DNA of 64,000 nucleotides from Ruminococcaceae bacterium UBA1734 (GTDB lineage Bacteria; Bacillota; Clostridia; Oscillospirales; Acutalibacteraceae). The stretch's first letter is position 1. Each line of letters begins with the position of its first letter. The stretch covers positions 14,628 to 78,627 of the forward strand of contig DCIE01000070.1 of assembly GCA_002315765.1 (NCBI GenBank), given 5' to 3'. Position numbers and translations under genes: made by a program. Shown in pieces: positions 11,036-20,943 of the stretch. Under the pieces are notes generated by a model. It was given only the letters and a program-made list of their open reading frames with translations, was not told the origin of the DNA and did no database searches.

Positions 11036-12153
11036 GTATTAATACAAAAAAGCGTGAACCTCTGTTTCACATTTTTAAAAACGATGCTATACCTTGGCAT
11101 AAATCTTTGATTATTCGATTAATTGCCATTTTAATAGCTCTTGTAACAGTCGGAATATTAAGTATGATTTTGATAAAGGAAAATCCGTTTTTAATATTCA
11201 AGGCAATGATTGACGGCGCTTTTATTGATATTTGGACCTTGCTTCAAAACACTGCTTTGCTGTTAATGTTCGGACTTGCGGTAATTCCTGCTTTCCAAAT
11301 GAAATTTTGGAACTTAGGTGCAAACGGACAGGTGTTAATCGGCTGTCTTTCTGCAATTGCCTGTATGAAATTCCTGCCCGAGAAAATGCCCGGAATTTCC
11401 AACGGACTCTTAATATTTATTATGTTAATAACAAGTATTGTTTTCTCTTGCATTTGGTCGGTTATTCCTGCCGTTTTTAAGGCTTTTTTCAACACAAACG
11501 AAACTCTGTTTACACTAATGATGAATTACATAGCACTTACCCTTGTTGATTATTTCGTATTTACTTGGGATAAAACCGGTTCGGGTAGTATCGGTATCGT
11601 TAATCTTCTTAACGGTAAAAAAGGTTGGATTCCCGATTTTGGCAACAAGTATGTTTTGGCGATAATCGTTGCTGTTATTATGACTGCAATAATGTTTGTC
11701 TATATGAGATACACCAAACACGGTTTTGAAGTTCAGCTTGTCGGAGAAAGTGTTAATACCGCTAAGTATGTTGGTATTAATGTAAAAAAGGTAATTATCA
11801 GGACCTTACTATTCGGCGGTATAATTTGCGGTATTCTCGGATTTTTATATGCCGGTTCCGTTTCTCATACAATCAACAAAGAGGTCGGCGGTCTTGGCTT
11901 TACCGCAATTCTTGTTGCTTGGCTTGCAAGTTTTGACCCTGCAATTATGATGCTTACATCTTTCTTTGTGGTTTTCCTTGATACAGGTTCAAAGTATGTT
12001 TCCACACAGTTCCAGCTTAACAGTAATGACTACGCTAATATCGTTGTGGGCATAATTTTCTTCTTTGTTATCGGCTGTGAATTCTTCATAAGATATAAGG
12101 TTCAACTTAATATAAAAAGTTCAAAAAAGTCTGAAGGGAAGGTGAACGGTTAA
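11032..12153 (+). CDS. ABC transporter permease (BMP/nucleoside system)
   Basis: 373-aa polytopic membrane protein. ATGA overlap with the ATPase gene. Confidence 0.75.
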   Translation: MSINTKKREPLFHIFKNDAIPWHKSLIIRLIAILIALVTVGILSMILIKENPFLIFKAMIDGAFIDIWTLLQNTALLLMFGLAVIPAFQMKFWNLGANGQVLIGCLSAIACMKFLPEKMPGISNGLLIFIMLITSIVFSCIWSVIPAVFKAFFNTNETLFTLMMNYIALTLVDYFVFTWDKTGSGSIGIVNLLNGKKGWIPDFGNKYVLAIIVAVIMTAIMFVYMRYTKHGFEVQLVGESVNTAKYVGINVKKVIIRTLLFGGIICGILGFLYAGSVSHTINKEVGGLGFTAILVAWLASFDPAIMMLTSFFVVFLDTGSKYVSTQFQLNSNDYANIVVGIIFFFVIGCEFFIRYKVQLNIKSSKKSEGKVNG

Positions 12154-13103
12154 TGTTTACTTCAATTCTTGTAAATGCAATCAGAATGGGTACTATTTTC
12201 CTTTTCGGTTGTATCGGTGAAATTTTCACAGAAAAAGCCGGACACCTTAACCTCGGTATTCCCGGTATTATGTGTATAGGTGCTACCGGTGGTGCTGTTG
12301 CTATTTCTTTGTTCGGTGCGAATGTCAGTTCACCGCTTCTTGTATTTTTATCTATACTTTTCGCAATGATTTTTTCTGCACTTGCAGGTTTGCTTTATAC
12401 CTTCTTAACAGTAACCTTACAGGCAAACCAAAATGTAACAGGTCTTACCCTTACAACCTTCGGTGTAGGCTTTATGAAATTCTTTTCCAAAAGAATTTAC
12501 GACCAAAAGTTGTTTGTTTCCTTAAGTCCTGCTTTTCAAAATTTATTTGGATTAAAGGACAGCTCAAATCCTTTCGTACAAATCTTTCTATCACACGGAA
12601 TTTTAGTTTACATTGCTGTTATAATTGCAATTGTTTCCTCTTGGTTCCTAAACAAATCTCGTTCGGGTTTATACTTAAGGTCAATTGGTGAAAGCCCTGC
12701 AACCGCCGATGCCGTTGGTATTAATGTGTCTCTTTATAAGTACATATTTATCACATTAGGCTCTGCTATTGCCGGACTTGGCGGTTTATACTATATTATG
12801 GACCGTTCCAGCGGTACTCAAATTGCCGAAGCTGCCATTGACTCCTTCGGTTGGATGTCGGTTGCCTTGGTAATTGCCTCTATGTGGAAACCAATGCTTG
12901 CGGCAGTAGGTTCCATTGTTTTCGGTGGACTTTCTATACTCGATGCGATGCTTAAAACCCTTTCGCTGTCCCAACAAAAAATATTCGCTATCTTCCCGTA
13001 TTTGCTGACAGTTCTTGTTCTCGTTCTTTCAAGTGTACTTAAAAACAAGAACACGCAACCACCGGCACATTTGGGACTTCCGTATTACCGAGAAGATAGG
13101 TAA
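12153..13103 (+). CDS. ABC transporter permease (BMP/nucleoside system)
   Basis: 316-aa polytopic membrane protein. Overlaps the preceding permease by 1 nt. Confidence 0.75.
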   Translation: MFTSILVNAIRMGTIFLFGCIGEIFTEKAGHLNLGIPGIMCIGATGGAVAISLFGANVSSPLLVFLSILFAMIFSALAGLLYTFLTVTLQANQNVTGLTLTTFGVGFMKFFSKRIYDQKLFVSLSPAFQNLFGLKDSSNPFVQIFLSHGILVYIAVIIAIVSSWFLNKSRSGLYLRSIGESPATADAVGINVSLYKYIFITLGSAIAGLGGLYYIMDRSSGTQIAEAAIDSFGWMSVALVIASMWKPMLAAVGSIVFGGLSILDAMLKTLSLSQQKIFAIFPYLLTVLVLVLSSVLKNKNTQPPAHLGLPYYREDR

Positions 13104-13117
13104 ATATTCACTAACGA

Positions 13118-13155
13118 TAAACCCTTGGCTGTTGGTCAGGGGTTTATATTATATT
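13118..13155 (+). terminator. intrinsic terminator of the xpt/ABC operon
   Basis: taaacccttg/caggggttta 10-bp stem (one G-U), 9-nt loop, then tattatatt. Confidence 0.6.
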
Positions 13156-13188
13156 AAAAAAATATATACTATTATATTAATATTAATG

Positions 13189-13217
13189 TTGACAAATTGT
13201 TTGCCCGATGTTATACT
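13189..13217 (+). promoter_or_regulatory. sigma-A type promoter of the his operon
   Basis: TTGACA (13189-13194), 17-nt spacer, TATACT (13212-13217). Confidence 0.65.
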
Positions 13218-13269
13218 GTATTTATTATATCACATTAGTGTAGTAAAGTATTAAAGCGAGGTTTTTATA

Positions 13270-13563
13270 ATGGTGAATTGGCATGATGAATCAACCGATA
13301 AATTGTGTGAAGCATTATTGACTTTAAAAACAAAAGAAGAATGTTACGAATTTTTAGAGGACTTGTGTACAATTAAAGAAGTTCTTGACTTTTCGCAGCG
13401 ATTGTCCGTTGCAATTCTTCTTGATAAGAAAACAAGTTACAATGCAATCAGCCAAAAAACCGGTGCAAGTACCGCCACAATAAGCAGAGTTTCTAAATGC
13501 TTTGAATACGGTTCAGGCGGATATAAAAGTGTAATTAATAAATTAAACGGTGATACTAAATGA
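13270..13563 (+). CDS. TrpR-like YerC/YecD family DNA-binding protein (HisR-type candidate histidine repressor)
   Basis: 97 aa. ...LLTLKTKEECYEFLEDLCTIKEVLDFSQRLSVAILLDKKTSYNAISQKTGASTATISRVSKC.. is the typical YerC/YecD HTH. ATGA overlap with hisZ. Confidence 0.75.
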   Translation: MVNWHDESTDKLCEALLTLKTKEECYEFLEDLCTIKEVLDFSQRLSVAILLDKKTSYNAISQKTGASTATISRVSKCFEYGSGGYKSVINKLNGDTK

Positions 13564-14651
13564 TTAACGAAACATTAATGAGCTTTGAAGAAATATCCGC
13601 ATACAATCTTCGTACTTTATATCAAAAATACGGATATTCCCCTTATGAAATGGGTAAGTTTGAAGAATACGAGCTTTATGTTCGCAATAAGGATTTTCTT
13701 GTCAGTGATAGGGTAATTACATTTAACGACACCAATGGAAAATTAATGGCACTAAAACCTGATGTAACCTTGTCGATTATTAAAAACGGGGAAGATGCTC
13801 AAAATACAAAACAAAAAGTTTTCTATAACGAAAATGTTTACAGAGTTAGCGAAACAACCCATCATTTCAAAGAAATAATGCAGACCGGACTTGAATGTAT
13901 CGGGGATATTGATATTTATGATATTTATGAAACAATATGCCTTGCCGCCGAGAGCCTCTCGGTATTTTCCAAGGAATTTTGCATTGAAATAAGCAATTTG
14001 AGTTTTGTAAGTGATGTTATCGCCTCTGTTTGTAATGATGCGGATTTTGCCCCAAAGGTAATTAATTGTATAGCTCAAAAAAATGCACACGATTTAAAGA
14101 TTATATGTAACAATTATTGTCTTAGTGAGGCTGACTATAAGAAATTATCCTGCCTGATTACGGTTTACGGAGATAGAGAAAGTGTTGTTTCAAAGCTTGA
14201 AAAAATCTTTGATTTGCCCATAATTTCAGAGCTTAAACTACTTTCAAATATGCTTGATAATTCTAAGTATTCCGAAAAAATCAAGTTCGATTTTTCTGTT
14301 GTAAACGATATGAATTATTACAACGGATTTGTATATAAAGGCTTTATTGACGGCATTAGTTCGGGTGTTCTTGCCGGTGGTAGATACGACAATATGATGA
14401 AAAAGATGAATAGAAAATCCGGTGCGGTGGGTTTTGCTGTTTATCTTGATAAAATCGAAAACTTATTCAGAGATAATAATAAGCAAAGTGTTGATTATCT
14501 TTTAATCTATGATGAATTTGTAAATCCTTTAAATATTGCGACTGCTGTTAAAGGTTATATAGATAAGGGTTTTTCGGTGAGTACGCAAAAGAGTATTCCC
14601 GAAAAATTAAAGTACAAAGAAATAATTGACCTTAGAAAAGCAGAAAGGTAG
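13560..14651 (+). CDS. hisZ: ATP phosphoribosyltransferase regulatory subunit
   Basis: 363-aa HisRS paralogue (..LKPDVTLSI.., YYNGFVYKGF, GGRYDNMM) lacking an anticodon-binding domain. It precedes a short-form hisG. Confidence 0.85.
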   Translation: MINETLMSFEEISAYNLRTLYQKYGYSPYEMGKFEEYELYVRNKDFLVSDRVITFNDTNGKLMALKPDVTLSIIKNGEDAQNTKQKVFYNENVYRVSETTHHFKEIMQTGLECIGDIDIYDIYETICLAAESLSVFSKEFCIEISNLSFVSDVIASVCNDADFAPKVINCIAQKNAHDLKIICNNYCLSEADYKKLSCLITVYGDRESVVSKLEKIFDLPIISELKLLSNMLDNSKYSEKIKFDFSVVNDMNYYNGFVYKGFIDGISSGVLAGGRYDNMMKKMNRKSGAVGFAVYLDKIENLFRDNNKQSVDYLLIYDEFVNPLNIATAVKGYIDKGFSVSTQKSIPEKLKYKEIIDLRKAER

Positions 14652-14655
14652 GGTT

Positions 14656-15291
14656 ATGAAAATGTTAAATATAGCTCTTCCGAAGGGTAGACTTGGGGAA
14701 AAGGTTTACTCTATGTTTGAAAATTCCGGATATGAATGTCCGTCTATAAAAGAGAATAACAGAAAACTGATTTTCGAAAACCAAGAAAAGGGTATTCGTT
14801 TTTTCTGGGTAAAGCCCTCGGATGTTTCAATATATGTTGAAAGAGGTGCCGCCGATATCGGTGTTGCAGGTAAAGATATTTTACTTGAGTATAAGCCCAA
14901 TGTTTACGAGCTTTTGGACCTTAATTTAGGCAAATGCCATATGTGTGTTGCCGCAAAAAAAGAATTTTGCGAAGAAGATGTAAAGGTTTTAAAGGTTGCC
15001 ACTAAATTTACCGAAATTACTACCGATTATTATTCAAAACTCGGCCGTGATATTGATATTATTAAACTTAACGGTTCCATTGAATTAGCACCCATTTTAG
15101 GTCTTTCCGATGTTATTGTTGATATTGTTGAGACCGGCACAACCCTTAAAGAAAATAATTTGGAAGTAAAAACAAAATTTCTTCCCATTAGTGCAAGACT
15201 TATTGCTAATAAATCTTCCTTTAAGTTTAAGTGTAAAGAAATCGAAAATATTGCAAATGCAATGAAAGAACAGGTTGAAAAGAATGATTAA
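14656..15291 (+). CDS. hisG: ATP phosphoribosyltransferase, short form
   Basis: Start moved to ATG 14656 (MKMLNIALPKGRL), after the hisZ stop, with SD aaaggtagg. Contains ..DIVETGTTLKEN.. Confidence 0.9.
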   Translation: MKMLNIALPKGRLGEKVYSMFENSGYECPSIKENNRKLIFENQEKGIRFFWVKPSDVSIYVERGAADIGVAGKDILLEYKPNVYELLDLNLGKCHMCVAAKKEFCEEDVKVLKVATKFTEITTDYYSKLGRDIDIIKLNGSIELAPILGLSDVIVDIVETGTTLKENNLEVKTKFLPISARLIANKSSFKFKCKEIENIANAMKEQVEKND

Positions 15292-16567
15292 GATATATAG
15301 ATACGGCGAGGTTTCCAATTCCGAAATTTTCGCAAGAGAAAACACTCTCACTAATGTGGAAGATATTGTTACCGATATTATTGAAAATGTAAAACAAAAC
15401 GGTAATAAGGCTTTAAAAGAATATTCACTTAAGTTTGATAAAGCGGATATTAAAGAATTTGAGGTTTCCGCCGAGGAAATTAATGAGGCTTTTGCAAGTG
15501 TTCCTTTAGAGTTTACGGAAATTCTAAAGGAAGCCGCCGAAAATATTACGGCATTCCACGAAAAGCAAAAGAAAAACAGTTTTATAATTAATGATAAAGA
15601 CGGAGTTGTCATAGGGCAAAAGGTAATACCGATTGAAAAGGTAGGCCTTTATGTTCCCGGAGGAACTGCCGCATATCCTTCCACTGTTCTTATGGACTCT
15701 ATTCCTGCTAAAATTGCGGGTTGCGAGGAAATCGTTATGGTTTCACCGCCTATGAATAACGGAAAAATCAATCCGGTTATACTCACTGCCGCCAAAATAG
15801 CAGGGGTTGATAAAATATATAAGGTTGGCGGAGCACAGGCAATTGCTGCATTAGCCTACGGTACCGAAACTATACCAAAGGTGGATAAAATCGTAGGTCC
15901 CGGAAATGCCTTTGTTGCCGAAGCCAAAAAACAGGTTTTCGGTAAGGTTTCAATAGATATGATTGCAGGTCCAAGCGAAATATTGGTAGTTGCCGATAAC
16001 ACTAATAATCCCGATATTATTGCCGCCGATTTGCTCTCACAAGCCGAGCACGATAAAAATGCAAGTGCCGTTTTGGTAACCGATAGTATGGATTTTGCTA
16101 CTGCTGTTTCAAACAGTCTTGAAAATCAAATTCCAAAACTGCCGAGAAATGAAATTGCAAGGGCTTCTATTGATAAAAACGGTAAAATTATTGTTGCCGA
16201 AAACGATATTATTAAAGCGATTGACATAGCCAACGAAATCGCCCCCGAGCATTTAGAACTATGCCTTGATAATCCTTTTGATTATCTTGATAAGATTAAA
16301 CATGCCGGTTCCATATTTATGGGCAAAAACTGTCCCGAAGCATTGGGAGATTATTTTGCAGGGCCTAATCATACCTTGCCCACAAGCGGTACTGCAAGGT
16401 TTTCTTCGCCACTTTCGGTGGATGATTTTGTAAAAAAATCCCAATACACATATTATTCCGAATCAGCACTAAAAAAAGTTGCCGATAAAATCGCTTATTT
16501 TGCCAATAAGGAGGGCTTGGACGCACACGGAAGAAGTGCAACCGTCCGTTTTGAAAATAATGAGTAA
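15275..16567 (+). CDS. hisD: histidinol dehydrogenase
   Basis: 430 aa. ..YVPGGTAAYPSTVLM.., AGPSEILVVAD, QAEHD, GDYFAGPNHTLPT. Confidence 0.92.
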   Translation: MKRMIKIYRYGEVSNSEIFARENTLTNVEDIVTDIIENVKQNGNKALKEYSLKFDKADIKEFEVSAEEINEAFASVPLEFTEILKEAAENITAFHEKQKKNSFIINDKDGVVIGQKVIPIEKVGLYVPGGTAAYPSTVLMDSIPAKIAGCEEIVMVSPPMNNGKINPVILTAAKIAGVDKIYKVGGAQAIAALAYGTETIPKVDKIVGPGNAFVAEAKKQVFGKVSIDMIAGPSEILVVADNTNNPDIIAADLLSQAEHDKNASAVLVTDSMDFATAVSNSLENQIPKLPRNEIARASIDKNGKIIVAENDIIKAIDIANEIAPEHLELCLDNPFDYLDKIKHAGSIFMGKNCPEALGDYFAGPNHTLPTSGTARFSSPLSVDDFVKKSQYTYYSESALKKVADKIAYFANKEGLDAHGRSATVRFENNE

Positions 16568-17627
16568 GTTTTTTACAAATAGACTTAATAATTTAGTTCC
16601 ATACACTCCCGGCGAACAGCCACAGGATAAAAAATATGTGAAACTTAATACCAACGAATCTCCATTTCCGCCCTCTAAAGGTGTTTTAGATGCGGTTTCA
16701 AATGAGGTTGACAATCTAAAGCTCTATTCCGACCCTGAATGTGTCGTTTTAAGGGATAAAATGTCCGAAATTTACGGGGTTGAACCTGATTGGATAATTA
16801 TGAATAACGGCTCTGACGAAACATTGAATTTTGCCTTTATAGCATTTGCTGATGATAACAGTCCGCTTGTTTTTCCCGATATAACCTACGGTTTTTATCC
16901 CGTGTTTGCCGAGATAAATCATATTCCTTATGAAGAAATCCCTCTTTCAGATGATTTTTCAATCAATCACGAGGATTATATAGGCGTTAATAAAACCGTT
17001 GTAATAGCAAATCCCAACGCACCAACGGGAAAATTTATGCCACTTTCCCATATTGAGGCAATAGTAAAATCCAATCCCGACAATGTAATTATTATAGATG
17101 AGGCTTATGTTGACTTCGGCGGTGAAAGCGCAGTTTCCCTTGTAAAAAAATACGATAATCTTTTAGTGGTGGGCACCTTTTCTAAATCCCGTTCTATGGC
17201 AGGTGCAAGGCTGGGTTTCGGTATCGGTAACCCTAATCTTATTGCGGATATTAACACTATTAAGTATTCAACAAACCCCTATAATATTAATAGACTTACT
17301 GCCATAGCAGGTGTTTCGGCTTTAGTTGAGCAGGATTATTACGATAAAAACTGCGAAACCATAATTAAAAACCGTGAATGGACTGTATCTGCTTTGACTG
17401 ATTTGGGATTTGAGATAATTCCCTCAAAAGCAAATTTCGTTTTTGCAAAATCAGGTGAAATTGAGGGCGAAAAATTATATTTGTCTTTAAAAGAAAAAGG
17501 TGTTCTCGTTCGTCATTTTACCAAAGAAAGAATTAAAGACTATAACCGAATAACAATCGGTACATTGGAACAAATGCAGATACTAATTGACAAAATCAAA
17601 GAAATTAAAGGAGAAATGGGTTTATGA
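16560..17627 (+). CDS. hisC: histidinol-phosphate aminotransferase
   Basis: Start moved to ATG 16560 (MSKFFTNRLNNLVPYTPGEQ), an 8-nt overlap with hisD. PLP-lysine context TFSKSRSMAGARLG. Confidence 0.9.
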   Translation: MSKFFTNRLNNLVPYTPGEQPQDKKYVKLNTNESPFPPSKGVLDAVSNEVDNLKLYSDPECVVLRDKMSEIYGVEPDWIIMNNGSDETLNFAFIAFADDNSPLVFPDITYGFYPVFAEINHIPYEEIPLSDDFSINHEDYIGVNKTVVIANPNAPTGKFMPLSHIEAIVKSNPDNVIIIDEAYVDFGGESAVSLVKKYDNLLVVGTFSKSRSMAGARLGFGIGNPNLIADINTIKYSTNPYNINRLTAIAGVSALVEQDYYDKNCETIIKNREWTVSALTDLGFEIIPSKANFVFAKSGEIEGEKLYLSLKEKGVLVRHFTKERIKDYNRITIGTLEQMQILIDKIKEIKGEMGL

Positions 17628-18211
17628 GAAGTGCTGAAATAAAAAGAATTACCGGCGAAACCGATATTACTTTATCCCTTAATCTTGACGGAAAAGGTTT
17701 AAGTGAAATCAACAGCGGTTGCGGTTTTCTCGACCATATGCTGACTCTTTTTGCTAAACACTCAAGATTTGATTTAAAGGTGTACTGTAAGGGTGATACT
17801 AATGTAGATTATCATCATACAGTAGAAGATATTGCAATAGCCTTAGGTCAGGCATTTAAGAACTCGTTAGGAGATAAGCGAGGTATTGTTCGCTACGGTG
17901 ATACGGTACTGCCTATGGACGAAACATTAATTCTTTCGGCTGTGGATATTTCAGGCAGAGGTTTACTTCGCTATAATGTAGATATTCCCGCATACAAGGT
18001 AGGGGATTTTGATACTGAGCTTTGCGAAGAGTTTTGGCAGGGTTTTGTAAGAAATGCCGAAATCACATTACACATTAAACATCTTGACGGCACTAATTCT
18101 CATCATATTATCGAAGGTATTTTCAAATCGGTGGCAAGAACACTTAAAACCGCCGTTTCCATAGATAAGAATTTTTCTGATGAAATTCCGTCAACAAAGG
18201 GAGTCCTTTGA
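17624..18211 (+). CDS. hisB: imidazoleglycerol-phosphate dehydratase
   Basis: 195 aa. RITGETDI.., DYHHTVEDIAIALG, NSHHIIEGIFKS. Confidence 0.92.
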   Translation: MRSAEIKRITGETDITLSLNLDGKGLSEINSGCGFLDHMLTLFAKHSRFDLKVYCKGDTNVDYHHTVEDIAIALGQAFKNSLGDKRGIVRYGDTVLPMDETLILSAVDISGRGLLRYNVDIPAYKVGDFDTELCEEFWQGFVRNAEITLHIKHLDGTNSHHIIEGIFKSVARTLKTAVSIDKNFSDEIPSTKGVL

Positions 18212-18825
18212 TGATAGCAATAGTTGATTACGGAGTCGGAAATTTATTTTCTCTTTGTTCATCTCTTAAAATGATAGGGCAAGAAGCCGTTATAACAAGC
18301 GATTTTAAAACAATTGAAAATGCCGATAAAATTATTCTTCCCGGTGTGGGTGCTTTTGGCGATGCCATAAAAAAACTTAAAGAAACCGGACTTGATACGG
18401 TTGTTGTCAACGAGGCAAATAAAGGTAAGGATATTATGGGAATTTGTCTTGGAATGCAACTTTTATTTGACAAAAGTTATGAGTACGGCGAACATACGGG
18501 ACTTGGACTTTTAAAGGGTGAAATCGTGGCAATGGAGGGCAGACTTCCGAAAAATCTTAAAATTCCCCATATTGGTTGGAATGGACTTAAGTTTGTGTCC
18601 CACAGTCATTTGCTTTCGGGCATTAAGGAGAATGACTGCGTTTATTTTGTTCATTCTTATTATGCCGTTGGGTGTGAAGACTCACTTGTGGCTACAAGTG
18701 AGTACGGAAAAGATATTACCGCAATTGTACAAAAGGACAATGTTATGGGTTGTCAATTTCATCCCGAAAAAAGCGGTAATGTTGGACTTTCTATTTTAAA
18801 AGCATTTTGTGAGGGTAAAAAATGA
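18208..18825 (+). CDS. hisH: imidazole glycerol phosphate synthase, glutamine amidotransferase subunit
   Basis: 205 aa. LPGVGAFG, GICLGMQLL (Cys nucleophile), CQFHPEKS. Confidence 0.92.
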   Translation: MMIAIVDYGVGNLFSLCSSLKMIGQEAVITSDFKTIENADKIILPGVGAFGDAIKKLKETGLDTVVVNEANKGKDIMGICLGMQLLFDKSYEYGEHTGLGLLKGEIVAMEGRLPKNLKIPHIGWNGLKFVSHSHLLSGIKENDCVYFVHSYYAVGCEDSLVATSEYGKDITAIVQKDNVMGCQFHPEKSGNVGLSILKAFCEGKK

Positions 18826-19535
18826 TTATTTTTCCGGCGATAGACCTTTATGATAAAAAAGCCGTCAGGCTTTATAAAGGTGATTACGATAATATGACAG
18901 TTTACAGCGATAATCCTTTATCGGTAGCTTTTGACTTTGAAAAAAAAGGTGCAAAAGCAGTGCATTTAGTTGACCTTGAAGGTGCAAAATTCGGTACAAC
19001 ACCTAATATTGATGTTGTAGAAAGCATTGTTAAGAGTACAAGTTTGTTTACCGAAATCGGCGGTGGAATAAGAGATGCCGAAACTGTAAATAAATATATT
19101 TCTATCGGTGTTGATAGGGTTATTTTAGGTACTGCCGCAGTAGAAAATCCTGACTTTTTAAAAGAAGTTGTATCAAAATATAAGGAAAAAATAGCTGTTG
19201 GTGCAGATGTTAGAGACGGTTATATTGCCATAAAGGGCTGGACCGAAAAATCAAAAATCACTCTCGAAAATTTTCTTGACGATATGGAAAAAATAGGAGT
19301 AAAAACCGTTATTTGCACCGATATTTCAAAGGACGGTGCTATGAAAGGTACCAATCTTGAGCTGTATTCCGAACTCTCAAAAAAATATAGCCTTCAAATT
19401 ACCGCTTCGGGCGGAGTATCTACAATGGAAGATGTTAAAAAACTTTCCGAAATGAATATTTACGGCGCCATAATCGGTAAGGCATATTATACAGGGGATA
19501 TTGATTTGTCCCGTGCGATTGAGGTGGCTCGATGA
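18822..19535 (+). CDS. hisA: ProFAR isomerase
   Basis: 237 aa. IIFPAIDL.., LVDLEGA, GGGIRD, ASGGVS. Confidence 0.9.
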   Translation: MIIFPAIDLYDKKAVRLYKGDYDNMTVYSDNPLSVAFDFEKKGAKAVHLVDLEGAKFGTTPNIDVVESIVKSTSLFTEIGGGIRDAETVNKYISIGVDRVILGTAAVENPDFLKEVVSKYKEKIAVGADVRDGYIAIKGWTEKSKITLENFLDDMEKIGVKTVICTDISKDGAMKGTNLELYSELSKKYSLQITASGGVSTMEDVKKLSEMNIYGAIIGKAYYTGDIDLSRAIEVAR

Positions 19536-20290
19536 TAACGAAAAGAATTATTCCCTGCCTTGATGTGCGAAACGGCAGGGTAGTAAAAGGCGTAAATTTT
19601 GAGGGTATTAATGATGTTTCTTCACCTGTTGAACTTGCCGATTACTATTCAAAAAACGGTGCCGATGAACTTGTTTTTTATGATATAACCGCTTCTTTTG
19701 AGGGTAGAAAACTGTTTTCCGAAATTTTAACCGAGGTGGCATCTAAAATATTTATTCCTCTAACGGTTGGCGGAGGTATTAATACCGTTGATGACTTTGA
19801 TAGGGTTTTAAAATGCGGTGCCGATAAGGTAAGCGTTAATTCGGGAGCTATTAAAAATCCGAATTTAATACCCGAAGCGGCTAAGATATACGGAAACCAG
19901 TGTGTTGTAATTTCCGCCGATGTAAAAAGAGTTGACGGAGTTTTCAGAGTATTTGCAAAGGGCGGTAGAGAAAATACAGGTATGGAAGCAGTTAGTTGGA
20001 TAAAACACTGTGTCGATTCGGGAGCAGGTGAGGTTGTATTAAATTCCATTGATACCGATGGTGTCAAAAAAGGCTTTGATACCGAAATGCTGTCAAAGGT
20101 TTTAGATGTTGTTAATGTTCCGGTTATCGCTTCGGGCGGTGCCGGTAGTACAAATGATTTTGTGGAATTATTTAATAAACTTCCTACGGTAGATGCCGGT
20201 CTTGCGGCTTCGATATTCCACTTCGGCGAAGTGGCAATTAAGGATTTAAAACAAGAATTACATAATAACGGAATTAATGTGAGGTTATAA
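19532..20290 (+). CDS. hisF: imidazole glycerol phosphate synthase, cyclase subunit
   Basis: 252 aa. KRIIPCLDV, LTVGGGI, IASGGAG. Confidence 0.92.
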   Translation: MITKRIIPCLDVRNGRVVKGVNFEGINDVSSPVELADYYSKNGADELVFYDITASFEGRKLFSEILTEVASKIFIPLTVGGGINTVDDFDRVLKCGADKVSVNSGAIKNPNLIPEAAKIYGNQCVVISADVKRVDGVFRVFAKGGRENTGMEAVSWIKHCVDSGAGEVVLNSIDTDGVKKGFDTEMLSKVLDVVNVPVIASGGAGSTNDFVELFNKLPTVDAGLAASIFHFGEVAIKDLKQELHNNGINVRL

Positions 20291-20292
20291 AA

Positions 20293-20943
20293 ATGATTGA
20301 TATTAACGAACTGAAATATGATGAAAACGGACTTATTCCTGCAGTAGTTGTTGATTCTATCAGCAAAAAGGTTCTTACTGTTGCTTATATGAATAAAGAA
20401 TCCCTTAAAATATCAATGGAAAAGGGATTGACTTGTTTTTTCAGCCGTTCAAGACAGGAATTATGGCTAAAAGGGGAAACAAGCGGTAATTATCAACATA
20501 TTGTCAGCATTACAGCCGACTGTGATAAAGATGCTTTGGTTGTGGTTGTGGAAAAAGACGGACCTGCCTGTCATACCGGCAGTGATAGTTGTTTCACAAA
20601 AGAGATATACTCAAGTGATGAACTCCACGAATTTTCTTTGCAAAATCTTTACGAGCTTTTAGAGGGTAGAAAAAAGGATAAACCCGAAGGCTCTTACACC
20701 ACATATCTTTTCCAAAAGGGAATAGACAAAATTCTTAAAAAGGTCGGGGAAGAGTGTACCGAAGTAATTATTGCCGGAAAAGCTGACGACAAGAAAGAAA
20801 CCGTTTATGAGTTAGCAGACCTTGCATATCACGCTATGGTACTTATGGTTGAAATGGGTATTAGCGTGGAAGATGTTCACCGAGAGTTAGCATCAAGACA
20901 TATAATAGACCATAAGGTTAAACAGGAAAAAATGACAAAATGA
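20293..20943 (+). CDS. hisI: bifunctional phosphoribosyl-AMP cyclohydrolase / phosphoribosyl-ATP pyrophosphatase
   Basis: 216 aa. LIPAVVVD..., FFSRSRQELWLKGETSGN, DCDKDALV, C-terminal EECTEVIIA...ELADLAYH. Confidence 0.9.
   Translation: MIDINELKYDENGLIPAVVVDSISKKVLTVAYMNKESLKISMEKGLTCFFSRSRQELWLKGETSGNYQHIVSITADCDKDALVVVVEKDGPACHTGSDSCFTKEIYSSDELHEFSLQNLYELLEGRKKDKPEGSYTTYLFQKGIDKILKKVGEECTEVIIAGKADDKKETVYELADLAYHAMVLMVEMGISVEDVHRELASRHIIDHKVKQEKMTK

Noticed and set aside
13192-13200. The ACAAATTGT palindrome overlapping the his promoter -35 as the HisR-type operator.
   Set aside because: It is only 9 bp and expected by chance in AT-rich DNA. It needs cross-species footprinting before it can be called.
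15097-15612. Long antisense or out-of-frame ORFs from the track that lie inside well-supported genes. Examples are 15097-15612, 9030-9344, 9850-10248, 12272-12691, 2655-3128, 19678-20067, 26343-26729, 42282-42602, 48413-48817, 51047-51466 and 51372-51869.
   Set aside because: All are shadows of strongly supported genes on the other strand or frame. They have low-complexity or odd composition, no SD, and no recognisable motifs.
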